Part shown: in pieces, positions 1 through 7,371 of the stretch
Position numbering within the stretch: position 1 is the stretch's first letter
Layout of the letters: every line of letters starts with the position of its first letter
NCBI RefSeq assembly: GCF_019464535.1
Contig: NZ_CP080507.1
Coordinates: forward strand, 4,020,001 to 4,052,000
DNA from: Horticoccus luteus
GTDB taxonomy: Bacteria > Verrucomicrobiota > Verrucomicrobiia > Opitutales > Opitutaceae
Direction of reading: 5' to 3'
Length of the DNA stretch: 32,000 bases
Made by a program: the position numbers and the translations under genes
Notes under the pieces: generated by a model
Seen by the model: the letters and a program-made list of their open reading frames with translations, nothing else
The model's database searches: none
What the model was told of the DNA's origin: nothing

Positions 1-1
1 G

Positions 2-169
2 CCTTGGGCCGTGGCGTTTTCGTTCGCCCGGGCGATCCAACAACCTGCGTTGGACTTGTGGCACGGCGATGCCGCCAACGTCGCCGCCGCGCAAAAGGCC
101 CTCGTGCATCGCGCCCGTTGCAACCGCGCGGCGCGCCGCGGCGACTACAGCGCGGCCATGGAGAAGTGA
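2..169 (+). CDS. fba: class I fructose-bisphosphate aldolase, C-terminal fragment (gene continues off the left edge)
   Basis: Absent from the ORF track because it has no start in the window. Frame 2 reads PWAVAFSFARAIQQPALDLWHGDAANVAAAQKALVHRARCNRAARRGDYSAAMEK, with stop TGA at 167-169. From memory this aligns with the conserved C-terminal block of class I aldolases (..LTFSYGRALQASALKAWGG...AATQAFVKRALANSLACQGKY). Third codon positions are almost all G/C. Confidence 0.6.
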   Translation, partial: PWAVAFSFARAIQQPALDLWHGDAANVAAAQKALVHRARCNRAARRGDYSAAMEK

Positions 170-257
170 GCACGGCGACACCTCGCACCGTGATCCGTTC
201 GCTGCGCCGTCCGCCCATCCTGGCGACCAGCAGCGTTCTCGGACGGTTCGCCTGACT

Positions 258-1187
258 TTACGGGCTGCCCCGGCGTAGCAACGCCTCGATCGCGCGCCGC
301 GACGGCGCGGAGGGCTGGGCGCCTTGCTTGGTGACGGAAACCGCCGCGGCGGCCCCGGCCCAGCGCACGGCGTCGAGGAGTGGCTGCCCTTCACCCAGCG
401 CCACCGCGAGGCTTCCGTTGAAAACATCGCCCGCCCCGGTGGTGTCGACCGGCTTCACCTTGAAGCCCGCGATCCGCTGCTGGCCGGCGGCATTCGCGAC
501 CCAGGCGCCGCGGGCGCCCAGCGTGATGATCACAGTCCCGACGCCGCGCGCCCGCAGACGGTCCGCCGCCCGAGCCGCACTCGCATCGTCGGTGATGGAC
601 ACGCCGGTCAGCAGCTCCGCCTCGGTTTCATTCGGCGTGAGAATGGAAACCCGGTGCAAGAGCGCATCGGGCAGCGGTTGAGCGGGCGCGGGATTCAGGA
701 TCGCGCGCACGCCGTGCGCCGCCGCCCACTGAATGGCCGCATTCACACCGGCAAGCGGCGTTTCCAATTGGGCGAGCAGCACGTCGGCGCCGGCGATCAT
801 CGGCCGTGCGCGTCGGATATCGGCGGGCGAAAGACGCGCGTTGGCCCCGCTCGCGACGGCGATGCTGTTCTCTCCGCCGGCGGCGACGGAGATGAGCGCC
901 ACACCCGACGGCTCGCGCGCGTCGCGGCTCACGAGACTCACGTCGATCCCGTCGGCCTCGAAACCGCGGACGGCTTGATCGCCGAAGAGATCGCGCCCCA
1001 CCTTGGCGACCAACGTCACGGCGCCGCCCGCCCGCGCCGCGGCCACCGCTTGGTTGGCGCCCTTGCCGCCTGCGGCCGTAAAAAACTTGCCGCCGAGGAG
1101 TGTCTCGCCCGGCCGCGGCAAGCGGTCGAGCCGGACGATCATGTCGGTGTTGGAACTGCCGATGACGACGATGCGCGGTTTGTTCAT
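258..1187 (-). CDS. rbsK: ribokinase (PfkB family sugar kinase)
   Basis: 309 aa. N-terminal VVIGSSNTDM..LPRPGETL, GGKGANQAVAAARAG, NETEAE and C-terminal DTTGAGDVFNGSLAVAL are the classic ribokinase/PfkB signatures. Confidence 0.85.
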   Translation of the reverse strand: MNKPRIVVIGSSNTDMIVRLDRLPRPGETLLGGKFFTAAGGKGANQAVAAARAGGAVTLVAKVGRDLFGDQAVRGFEADGIDVSLVSRDAREPSGVALISVAAGGENSIAVASGANARLSPADIRRARPMIAGADVLLAQLETPLAGVNAAIQWAAAHGVRAILNPAPAQPLPDALLHRVSILTPNETEAELLTGVSITDDASAARAADRLRARGVGTVIITLGARGAWVANAAGQQRIAGFKVKPVDTTGAGDVFNGSLAVALGEGQPLLDAVRWAGAAAAVSVTKQGAQPSAPSRRAIEALLRRGSP

Positions 1188-1231
1188 GCGGGAAACGGTT
1201 CAGTTAAAATGATACAACGTGGTTTCGCTCG

Positions 1232-2512
1232 TCAGCTCGCCGCGCGCACCGCGATGGGCTCGATCGTTCGAATCACACCCAGCCGGCCGATCAGGGCGCA
1301 GACCACGACAAACGCCACCAGATGCACGAACGCGCACACGGCGAAGACGGGCGTGAACGACACGTTCTGCACCGTCCAGCCGATCGCGAGTTGCGTGCCG
1401 ATGCCCGCGACGCCACCGAGCGCCCCCGCGAAACCCGACACCGAACCGATGACGTGATTGGGCAAAACTTCCGCGGGCAACGTCATGTTGGCCCACGCGC
1501 CGTGACTGAACATCGCGATGCTGATCAGCGCCACCGCGAGCGCCGGGCTGGCGACCTGCGTTATCAACAGGCAACAGACCGGCATCAGGCAGGAAGCGAT
1601 CAGCATGACGCCTTTACGGGCGCGGTTGAGCGTCCAGCCGTGCCGGATCAGAGCCGCGGGCACGGCACCGCCGGCGAGGTTGCCCACCGCGGCGGCGACG
1701 AAAGGGATCCAGCTATATAAACCGAGTTCCGCCAGATTGAAGCCGCGTTCCTGTTGGAGGAATTTCGGCGTCCAGAAAATGAAGAAATATGAAATCGGAT
1801 CCGTCAGCACGCGGGCCAGAATGCAGCCCCACGCCTGACGCGTCGCCAGCAGTCTCCTGATCGACACGCGCGGTCGCACGGCGGGCGGCGGCGTGCCTTC
1901 CTCGATCAGTGCCAGCTCCTCGGCACTGAGCAACGGGTGATCGCGCGGCTGGCGGTAGAGGACCGTCCACAACACCAGCCAGACCAGCCCGAGCACGCCG
2001 CCGGCGATGAACGCCGACCGCCAGCCCCAGTGCAGCGCCACGAGCGCAACCATCGGCGCGGCGAGCGCGGCGCCCACCGCTGTGCCCGAGTTGAAAATAC
2101 CGATCGCGAGCGCGCGTTCCCGCAACGGGAACCATTCCGTCACCGCCTTGACGCCCGCGGGAAAGTTACCCGACTCGGTGGCCCCGAGCAGGAAGCGGAA
2201 AACCGAAAACTGCGTCGCGGTGCGCGCGAAGAAATGCAGCATGTTCGCCACCGACCAACCAGAGACGAAGATCAGAAACGAGCGTCGCGTGCCGAGGAAG
2301 TCGACCAACCGCCCGCTCACGGCATACATAATTGTATAGCTGACGAGAAACGCCGACGTGATGTGCGAATATTGAATCGTGGTCAGCCCGAGTTCGTCCT
2401 GGATGGTTTGCGCCAGCACCGAAAGCGTTTGCCGGTCCAGGTAGTTGAGCCCGGAGGCGAGGCAAAGCAGGCCTGCAATATGCCAACGCAGCCCGCGGAG
2501 TTTGAATTTCAT
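1232..2512 (-). CDS. MFS transporter, ACS/hexuronate (ExuT-like) family
   Basis: Start set at ATG 2512 (MKFKLRGLRWHIAGLL...); the track start at 2524 is a TTG. Similar along its length to E. coli ExuT as I remember it (GLRW.., EWFP..ER, YRQPRDHP), with about 12 hydrophobic segments. Confidence 0.8.
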   Translation of the reverse strand: MKFKLRGLRWHIAGLLCLASGLNYLDRQTLSVLAQTIQDELGLTTIQYSHITSAFLVSYTIMYAVSGRLVDFLGTRRSFLIFVSGWSVANMLHFFARTATQFSVFRFLLGATESGNFPAGVKAVTEWFPLRERALAIGIFNSGTAVGAALAAPMVALVALHWGWRSAFIAGGVLGLVWLVLWTVLYRQPRDHPLLSAEELALIEEGTPPPAVRPRVSIRRLLATRQAWGCILARVLTDPISYFFIFWTPKFLQQERGFNLAELGLYSWIPFVAAAVGNLAGGAVPAALIRHGWTLNRARKGVMLIASCLMPVCCLLITQVASPALAVALISIAMFSHGAWANMTLPAEVLPNHVIGSVSGFAGALGGVAGIGTQLAIGWTVQNVSFTPVFAVCAFVHLVAFVVVCALIGRLGVIRTIEPIAVRAAS

Positions 2513-2536
2513 GGGGAGGGGCAAGCAGCGCAGGGT

Positions 2537-3514
2537 TCAGTCCCCGGTGACGTGGAGGAGAGTCAAGTGACAGCTCTCAGGATTCCATTCCGCCGTGACC
2601 TGTCCGGCCGGAGCGATGCCGATCAATCGCGCGGGATTCGTGGTCGCCAACGGCAGCACTTCCTCGAGCGCGAGGCCGCAGAAGCGCGCCGTGTTGGCGA
2701 CGGCGGTATCCAACGCGAGCGAGGAGCCCGCGAGATGATTGGCGTGGGCGGCAGAGACGCGGCCGGTGACGTCGAGGACAACCTCCATGTCGCTGAGCTG
2801 ATACCGCCCCGGCGGTGCGCACGCGGCGGCGACGGCATCCGTCACCAAAATCGAGCGCGCGAGACCCTTCGCGCGGATCATCGATTTGACGACCGAGGGC
2901 GGGAGGTGATGTCCGTCGACGATGAGGCTGGCGCTCAAACCGTCCTCCGCGAGCTGCTCCCAAATCACGTTGGGATGACGCGGAAGCTGGGCCGGGCAAC
3001 CGTTGCCCAGATGCGTGGACAACGTCGCGCCCGCGCTCACCGCGTCGCGAATCTGCTCCCGCCCGGCGAGCGTGTGGCCGACGGCGACGCGAATTCCGCG
3101 CGCCGCCAGCGCTTCGATCAACGCGAGCGCGCCCGGCACTTCCGGCGCGAGCGTGACCAGGACGATGCGCCCGCCCGCCGCATCCTGCCGGCGGAGAAAA
3201 TCATCGAGCGAGGGCGGAATCACATGGGCGAGCGGATGGGCGCCGCGGGCGCCGTCGATCGGCGAGAGGTAAGGACCCTCCATGTGCAGACCAGCGATCG
3301 CTGGATCGTTGCACGCGGCGAGGGCGCGAGCACACGCCGCGAAGCGCTCGAACGACGACGTGATCAACGTGGGCAGGCAACGCGTGACCCCGCGCGTGCG
3401 CATCGCTGCGAAGGCGGTCGCGAGCTGCTCGGGAGGGCGGCCCGGCGTGTTGAAATCGATTCCAGCGAAGCCGTTGACCTGCAGATCGACCAGACCGGGA
3501 AACGAAATTCTCAC
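2537..3514 (-). CDS. nagA: N-acetylglucosamine-6-phosphate deacetylase-like amidohydrolase, short N-terminus
   Basis: Motifs [37 protein letters not shown] and LVTDAV match NagA. I set the start at GTG 3514-3512, which overlaps the nagB stop (GTGA). The track's upstream extension (3515-3649) runs out of frame inside nagB and has no NagA-like sequence. Confidence 0.75.
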   Translation of the reverse strand: MRISFPGLVDLQVNGFAGIDFNTPGRPPEQLATAFAAMRTRGVTRCLPTLITSSFERFAACARALAACNDPAIAGLHMEGPYLSPIDGARGAHPLAHVIPPSLDDFLRRQDAAGGRIVLVTLAPEVPGALALIEALAARGIRVAVGHTLAGREQIRDAVSAGATLSTHLGNGCPAQLPRHPNVIWEQLAEDGLSASLIVDGHHLPPSVVKSMIRAKGLARSILVTDAVAAACAPPGRYQLSDMEVVLDVTGRVSAAHANHLAGSSLALDTAVANTARFCGLALEEVLPLATTNPARLIGIAPAGQVTAEWNPESCHLTLLHVTGD

Positions 3515-4275
3515 GGCGGAAATTCGTCTCCGGTGACGGGTCGGCGTTGCAGCAGCGAGGCCGACGCGGGTTCGAGGTAGAGCGTCGCCGCCGGATGCGT
3601 GCGCAAGATGGAAGCCGGCGCGAGCGGGCTCACCGGACCCTCGAGGCAACGCTGCACCGCGGGGGCTTTGCGCGCATCGGGCACGAAAACGACGATGGCG
3701 TTCGCCTTGAGCAATTGCCGCACGGAGATCGAGATCGCGCGTTCGGGCACGTCGGCGAGCGTTTTGAACCAGCCCTCACCCACCTGCTGCCGCCGGCATG
3801 CTTCATCCAGTTTCACCACGTGATACGGTTGCTCCGTCACAAAGTCGGCCGGCGGGTCGTTGAAGGCGAGGTGACCGTTTTCGCCGATGCCGGCAAACGC
3901 CACGTCGATCGGCGCGGCCGCGAGCAACGCCCCGACTTCTCGGCAAATCTTCTCCGGGTCCGTTTCCCCGTCGAGCAGGTGATAATGCTGGATGCCCGTT
4001 TTCCGAATGATCCGCTCGAGGAGATAGCGCCGGAAACTCGCCGGATGATCGAGGCTGAGGCCCACGTATTCATCGAGGTGAAACATCTCCACCTTGTCCC
4101 AGGCGATGCCGGTCTCGCGCAGCAGCGCATTGACGAATGCGAGTTGCGATTCGCCCGTGGCGGCGAGGATGCGGGCGTGGCCGCGCGCAGCGATCGCGTT
4201 GCGAATGAGCGTGGCCGCCTCACTGGCAGCGGCGACGCCCATCGTGGCTTTGTCTTCGAAAAAGCGGAGTTTCAT
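3511..4275 (-). CDS. nagB: glucosamine-6-phosphate deaminase
   Basis: 254 aa. [13 protein letters not shown]..., [20 protein letters not shown] and [16 protein letters not shown] are typical of the NagB/6-phosphogluconolactonase fold. Confidence 0.9.
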   Translation of the reverse strand: MKLRFFEDKATMGVAAASEAATLIRNAIAARGHARILAATGESQLAFVNALLRETGIAWDKVEMFHLDEYVGLSLDHPASFRRYLLERIIRKTGIQHYHLLDGETDPEKICREVGALLAAAPIDVAFAGIGENGHLAFNDPPADFVTEQPYHVVKLDEACRRQQVGEGWFKTLADVPERAISISVRQLLKANAIVVFVPDARKAPAVQRCLEGPVSPLAPASILRTHPAATLYLEPASASLLQRRPVTGDEFPP

Positions 4276-4821
4276 GAAAGAGGAGGAGGCTGTCCGAAGG
4301 CCGAGCCGTCGGGCGATCGCGTGACATCGATCAACGAAGGCGGGCTAGGAGCGTCCGCCGCAAAACTGCCGCGAGCCGCCCCGCCAAAGCGAACCCAATC
4401 TCCCGCGTCTCAGAGATAAAGCATCGCGCCGCGCGTCAAAGGAGGCGGCTGACAATCACCAGTGAGCCTCACAGCCGCCGCGGGATTTCCATCGTGAGCA
4501 ATTCCGAACCGATCGCGTGAGCCATTGTCCGCGCTGCTGTCAAAAATTCGCGCCCCACCAATTCACGTGCTTCTGAAATGCCTGCGAGCCTGCTGAGTGT
4601 CACCCGTGGCTCCCTTTGAGCGAGGTGGAATGCTGCCAACCGAACAACCAACAAAAGACGGCCAGTCCCCCTCTCGCAGACGTCCTTGTCATGTCTTCGA
4701 ACTCACCGGTCTGCCCCGCAATGCGTCTGCTCCGAATTGGCGCGGCAACGCGATGATCGACCGCCGTCGGAATCGGTGCCGAGTCGGTGACTCCTGCGCA
4801 GGCGAACGCTTTGCCCTGCTT

Positions 4822-5262
4822 TCACAGATAAAACATTGCTTTGGCCAGAATCACGATCGCGAGCATGAGGACGGCGACGATGCGGTGCGTATAGCGGAAG
4901 CGGCACAAATCCATCGTGCCTTTGAATGAAGCGCGGATCGCGGCAACGAAGATTCCCAGCACCCCGAACGCCAGCACGACTTTGGTCGTCAGCAAAATCC
5001 CGAAACGCGTGTGGAAAAAGTCCGGCTGATTCGCGAACCGCACCCAAAACATCGCCCCGCCCGTCAGAAACAAGAGGCCGACGATCACCGGCATGAAGCC
5101 ACGAACACGCCGCGGAATTTCTGTGGCCAGCAGCTGCGACAATTCCCGCGGGAGCCGTTTCTCCAACGGCTCGATGACCAACACTTCGAAGAACACCGCC
5201 CCGATGAACGTGATCGCGCACAGCAAATGAACAGTAAGGATGATGCCGTAGTAGGAGGCCAT
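4822..5262 (-). CDS. small 4-TM membrane protein, CopD-like/unknown family
   Basis: 146 aa from ATG 5262 (MASYYGIILTVHLLCAITFIGAVFFE...), with four hydrophobic helices. Alternative ATG-ATG start at 5328 adds 22 non-hydrophobic residues. I prefer 5262 because an FNR-like box at 5352-5365 would place a class II transcription start near 5317. The family assignment is weak. Confidence 0.5.
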   Translation of the reverse strand: MASYYGIILTVHLLCAITFIGAVFFEVLVIEPLEKRLPRELSQLLATEIPRRVRGFMPVIVGLLFLTGGAMFWVRFANQPDFFHTRFGILLTTKVVLAFGVLGIFVAAIRASFKGTMDLCRFRYTHRIVAVLMLAIVILAKAMFYL

Positions 5263-5351
5263 GGTGAAGGGCGGAACCGTCGCGCTCCGGAGCAAGAAAC
5301 CACGGAGCGCGGGCGGCCCGGCCATCATCGCGCATCGTGCCGCTCCATGCC

Positions 5352-5365
5352 TTGACCCAAATCAA
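5352..5365. promoter_or_regulatory. FNR/CRP-family box, 9/10 match (TTGACccaaATCAA)
   Basis: Read directly from the sequence. It lies in the gap between the TlpA-like stop (5450) and the CopD-like gene. Confidence 0.45.
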
Positions 5366-5449
5366 CACGCCCGGACTTTCCCGCTCCACGCGCGCGCCCG
5401 GCCGACGCCGCCGCTTCGACCGACCACGGGCGAGGGACCGTCGGCCACG

Positions 5450-6013
5450 CTACGACGCCGGAGTGGGTGCCGGCGCCGGTGCGGCAGCGGGCGCCGTTAC
5501 CGAAGCGGCGGGCGCCGCAGCTTCGCGCCGAAACCAATCCGCGGACCACGCTTCATCGGGCACGCCACTGCGCGTGATCATTGTCCCGTCGGTGCCGATG
5601 AAATACGCCCGCGGCAACTCGCCGCGCCACGCGTGGTCCACCGAGTAGCGCAACCGGTCCTCGGACTCTTCGTTAAATTGCCAGAGTTCGGCCGCGCCCG
5701 TCGCGGCGTGACGGAGCAACTGCGCCACCTTTGGTTTCAATTCCGGCGGGTCAGCGGCGATGAGCACCACTTTCACGCGCGGAAACTCCTGTTGCAGGCG
5801 AGCGAGTAGGCCGAGCTCGTGCGCGCAGGGCGCACAAGTCGTGGACCAAAACGCGACGACCACCGGCCGGCCTTTCGCCGCTTCGCGGATTTCCGTGAAG
5901 CTGTGAGAATTAAAAATCCGCAATTCGGGAGCGGCAGCCGCACCGAGAGAAAAGAGCGCGCTGGTCAAAACCAGCGTGGCCCAACGGCAAACCTTTCGCA
6001 GAGCGGCATTCAT
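5450..6013 (-). CDS. TlpA/ResA-like periplasmic thiol:disulfide oxidoreductase
   Basis: 187 aa from ATG 6013 (MNAALRKVCRWATLVLTSALFSLGAAAA = signal/anchor). Thioredoxin motif FWSTTCAPCAHEL and an Ala/Pro-rich C-terminal tail. The start overlaps the upstream stop (ATGA at 6010-6013). The track's longer N-terminus is out of frame inside the upstream gene. Confidence 0.8.
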   Translation of the reverse strand: MNAALRKVCRWATLVLTSALFSLGAAAAPELRIFNSHSFTEIREAAKGRPVVVAFWSTTCAPCAHELGLLARLQQEFPRVKVVLIAADPPELKPKVAQLLRHAATGAAELWQFNEESEDRLRYSVDHAWRGELPRAYFIGTDGTMITRSGVPDEAWSADWFRREAAAPAASVTAPAAAPAPAPTPAS

Positions 6014-7188
6014 GGGAGGGCGACCAACGTCAGTGATTCGTTTTGCGTGTTCCACAGCACATAGAAGTGGCCGGCGAAGGTCAGCACGGCGGGATGACCC
6101 GATGCGCCGGATGTCGAGCCAAGTTCGGACTCGGTCCACGTGCGACCGCCGTCGTTGGAACTCATACTCCGAAGGCGCGTGTGTTGGCCGTCGAACGCCT
6201 TCCACGCCACCGCAACGCGTTTCCCGCTCGCGGCCACGGCGGCATGCTCAGCGGTTTCTCCGCCCACCCGCTGCTGGCCTTCAACCGCACCCGCTCGCAG
6301 CCGGCCATAGAAGACGCCCAGGCTCTGCGGCGCGCCGCTAAACCAGACCGCGTGCCAATCACCGGCCCCGTCTTCCGCGAGTCCCGGGCCATGGTGCGGG
6401 CAGGCATCGATATGCCAGTTGTCGAAGGTCGCCCGCGCCATCTCCGAGACGGTGCCATCCGCGTGCAGCGTGGCGACCGCGTGATCGCGAATATCGGGCG
6501 CAAACACGTGCCGCCACATCGCGCGCACATTGCCATCGGGCTCGGCGACGAGCGCGATCCGGCAGCATTCGCAACTGTGGTCCGCAACTTTGAAGTCTCC
6601 GCGAAACGTGGCGCCTTGATCGTCGGAAACGGCGAAGTAGATCGCGGCGCCGCGATAGGACTTCCCTTCCGCGGCCGCGCGCACGCCGTCGCGCTTGTCG
6701 ATCCACGCCACGAACACCTGGCCTCGGGCGTTGACCGTCAACGCATCGAAGCGATGGGTGATTTCCTGACGGTCGTGATGCACGATGACGGGCGGCGTGA
6801 ACGTCCGGCCGCCATCCAGCGAACGGGAGAATTTCACCTCGCCCGTGTAAGGCTTCGCGAGCGGCTTCGTCCACGTCACGTAAATCTCGCTCTTGGGCCC
6901 GAGCGCGATTTTCGGTCGCGCATCCCCGCCAGCGTCGGTCGTTTCGGGCAGCGGTGTGACCAGCACGGGATTTGACCACGAGCGGCCGAAGTCAGCGGAT
7001 TGCCGCACGGCGATGTGCCCGCTAATCTTCGCGACCACCCAGAGCGCGCCGTGCGCATCAAACGCGGCGTCGGCGCCCAGCTCGGTCTGCGCCGGATTCA
7101 TCGCACCGTGATGATGCATCGGCGCTTCGGCCCCGCGACTGACGGCCACGAGCCCGCAGGCGAGCAATGAGACAAGTAGAGTTCGCAT
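6010..7188 (-). CDS. secreted BNR/sialidase-fold beta-propeller protein with putative metal-binding motifs
   Basis: 392 aa with a signal peptide (MRTLLVSLLACGLVAVSRGA). Four BNR-type S-x-D-x-G-x-T/S-F/W motifs (SADFGRSW, SLDGGRTF, SDDQGATF, SNDGGRTW). MHHHGAM lies right after the signal peptide (7099-7119). HSCECC is at 6562-6579 and CPHH at 6391-6402. Confidence 0.7.
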   Translation of the reverse strand: MRTLLVSLLACGLVAVSRGAEAPMHHHGAMNPAQTELGADAAFDAHGALWVVAKISGHIAVRQSADFGRSWSNPVLVTPLPETTDAGGDARPKIALGPKSEIYVTWTKPLAKPYTGEVKFSRSLDGGRTFTPPVIVHHDRQEITHRFDALTVNARGQVFVAWIDKRDGVRAAAEGKSYRGAAIYFAVSDDQGATFRGDFKVADHSCECCRIALVAEPDGNVRAMWRHVFAPDIRDHAVATLHADGTVSEMARATFDNWHIDACPHHGPGLAEDGAGDWHAVWFSGAPQSLGVFYGRLRAGAVEGQQRVGGETAEHAAVAASGKRVAVAWKAFDGQHTRLRSMSSNDGGRTWTESELGSTSGASGHPAVLTFAGHFYVLWNTQNESLTLVALP

Positions 7189-7287
7189 AGTATTATTTTC
7201 TTATAGTAACCGCTGATTTCCGCTCGTGCGCACCGATTCCGAACCCGAAGACGTTTTCGCCCGGTGAGAGGTGGGGGCCGGTGAAAG

Positions 7288-7313
7288 ACCAATGATTGTT
7301 ATCGTTCATTGGT
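7288..7313. promoter_or_regulatory. AT-rich palindrome ACCAATGA-N10-TCATTGGT
   Basis: Perfect 8-bp inverted repeat in the 183-bp gap between the TBDR stop (7372) and the BNR start (7188). The core AATGATTGTTATCGTTCATT is loosely reminiscent of a Fur/Zur-type box. No U-tract follows on the minus strand. Confidence 0.3.
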
Positions 7314-7371
7314 GAGCGCGTCGTCGCGTGAATGAGCGGTTCTTTGGACATTTGTGAGTTGCGACTTGTCC

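Noticed and set aside
3515-3649. N-terminal extensions of track ORFs. These are nagA to 3649, TlpA-like to 6205, TBDR to 9534, nosZ from 11697, nosB from 13653, nosD from 13979, nosF from 15496, nosY from 16125, sulfatase to 24935 and lyase to 31101.
   Set aside because: The extensions overlap the upstream gene out of frame or start at TTG/GTG. They precede an in-frame ATG that is followed by a signal peptide or the first conserved block, and several of those ATGs form ATGA overlaps with the upstream stop.
324-4419. Long plus-strand ORFs 324-1457 (377 aa), 1937-3580 (547 aa) and 3547-4419 (290 aa), opposite rbsK, the MFS gene, nagA and nagB
   Set aside because: They are Arg/Gly/His/Asp-rich low-complexity translations with no recognisable motifs. 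They lie exactly antisense to genes with strong family signatures, which is the classic high-GC shadow-ORF pattern.
4410-4430. Similarity between TCAGAGATAAAGCATCGC (4410-4427) and the 3' end of the CopD-like gene, TCACAGATAAAACATTGC (4822-4839), both encoding ..AM(L/F)YL-stop on the minus strand
   Set aside because: Only 15 of 18 nt match. The upstream frame is closed after 50 codons and has no start codon. It is most likely coincidence or an undetectably decayed fragment.
4469-4654. 61-aa minus-strand ORF in the long intergenic gap
   Set aside because: It has a TTG start, about 60% GC3 versus about 85-90% in real genes here, and no motif. I treat it as non-coding, although a small protein or remnant cannot be excluded.
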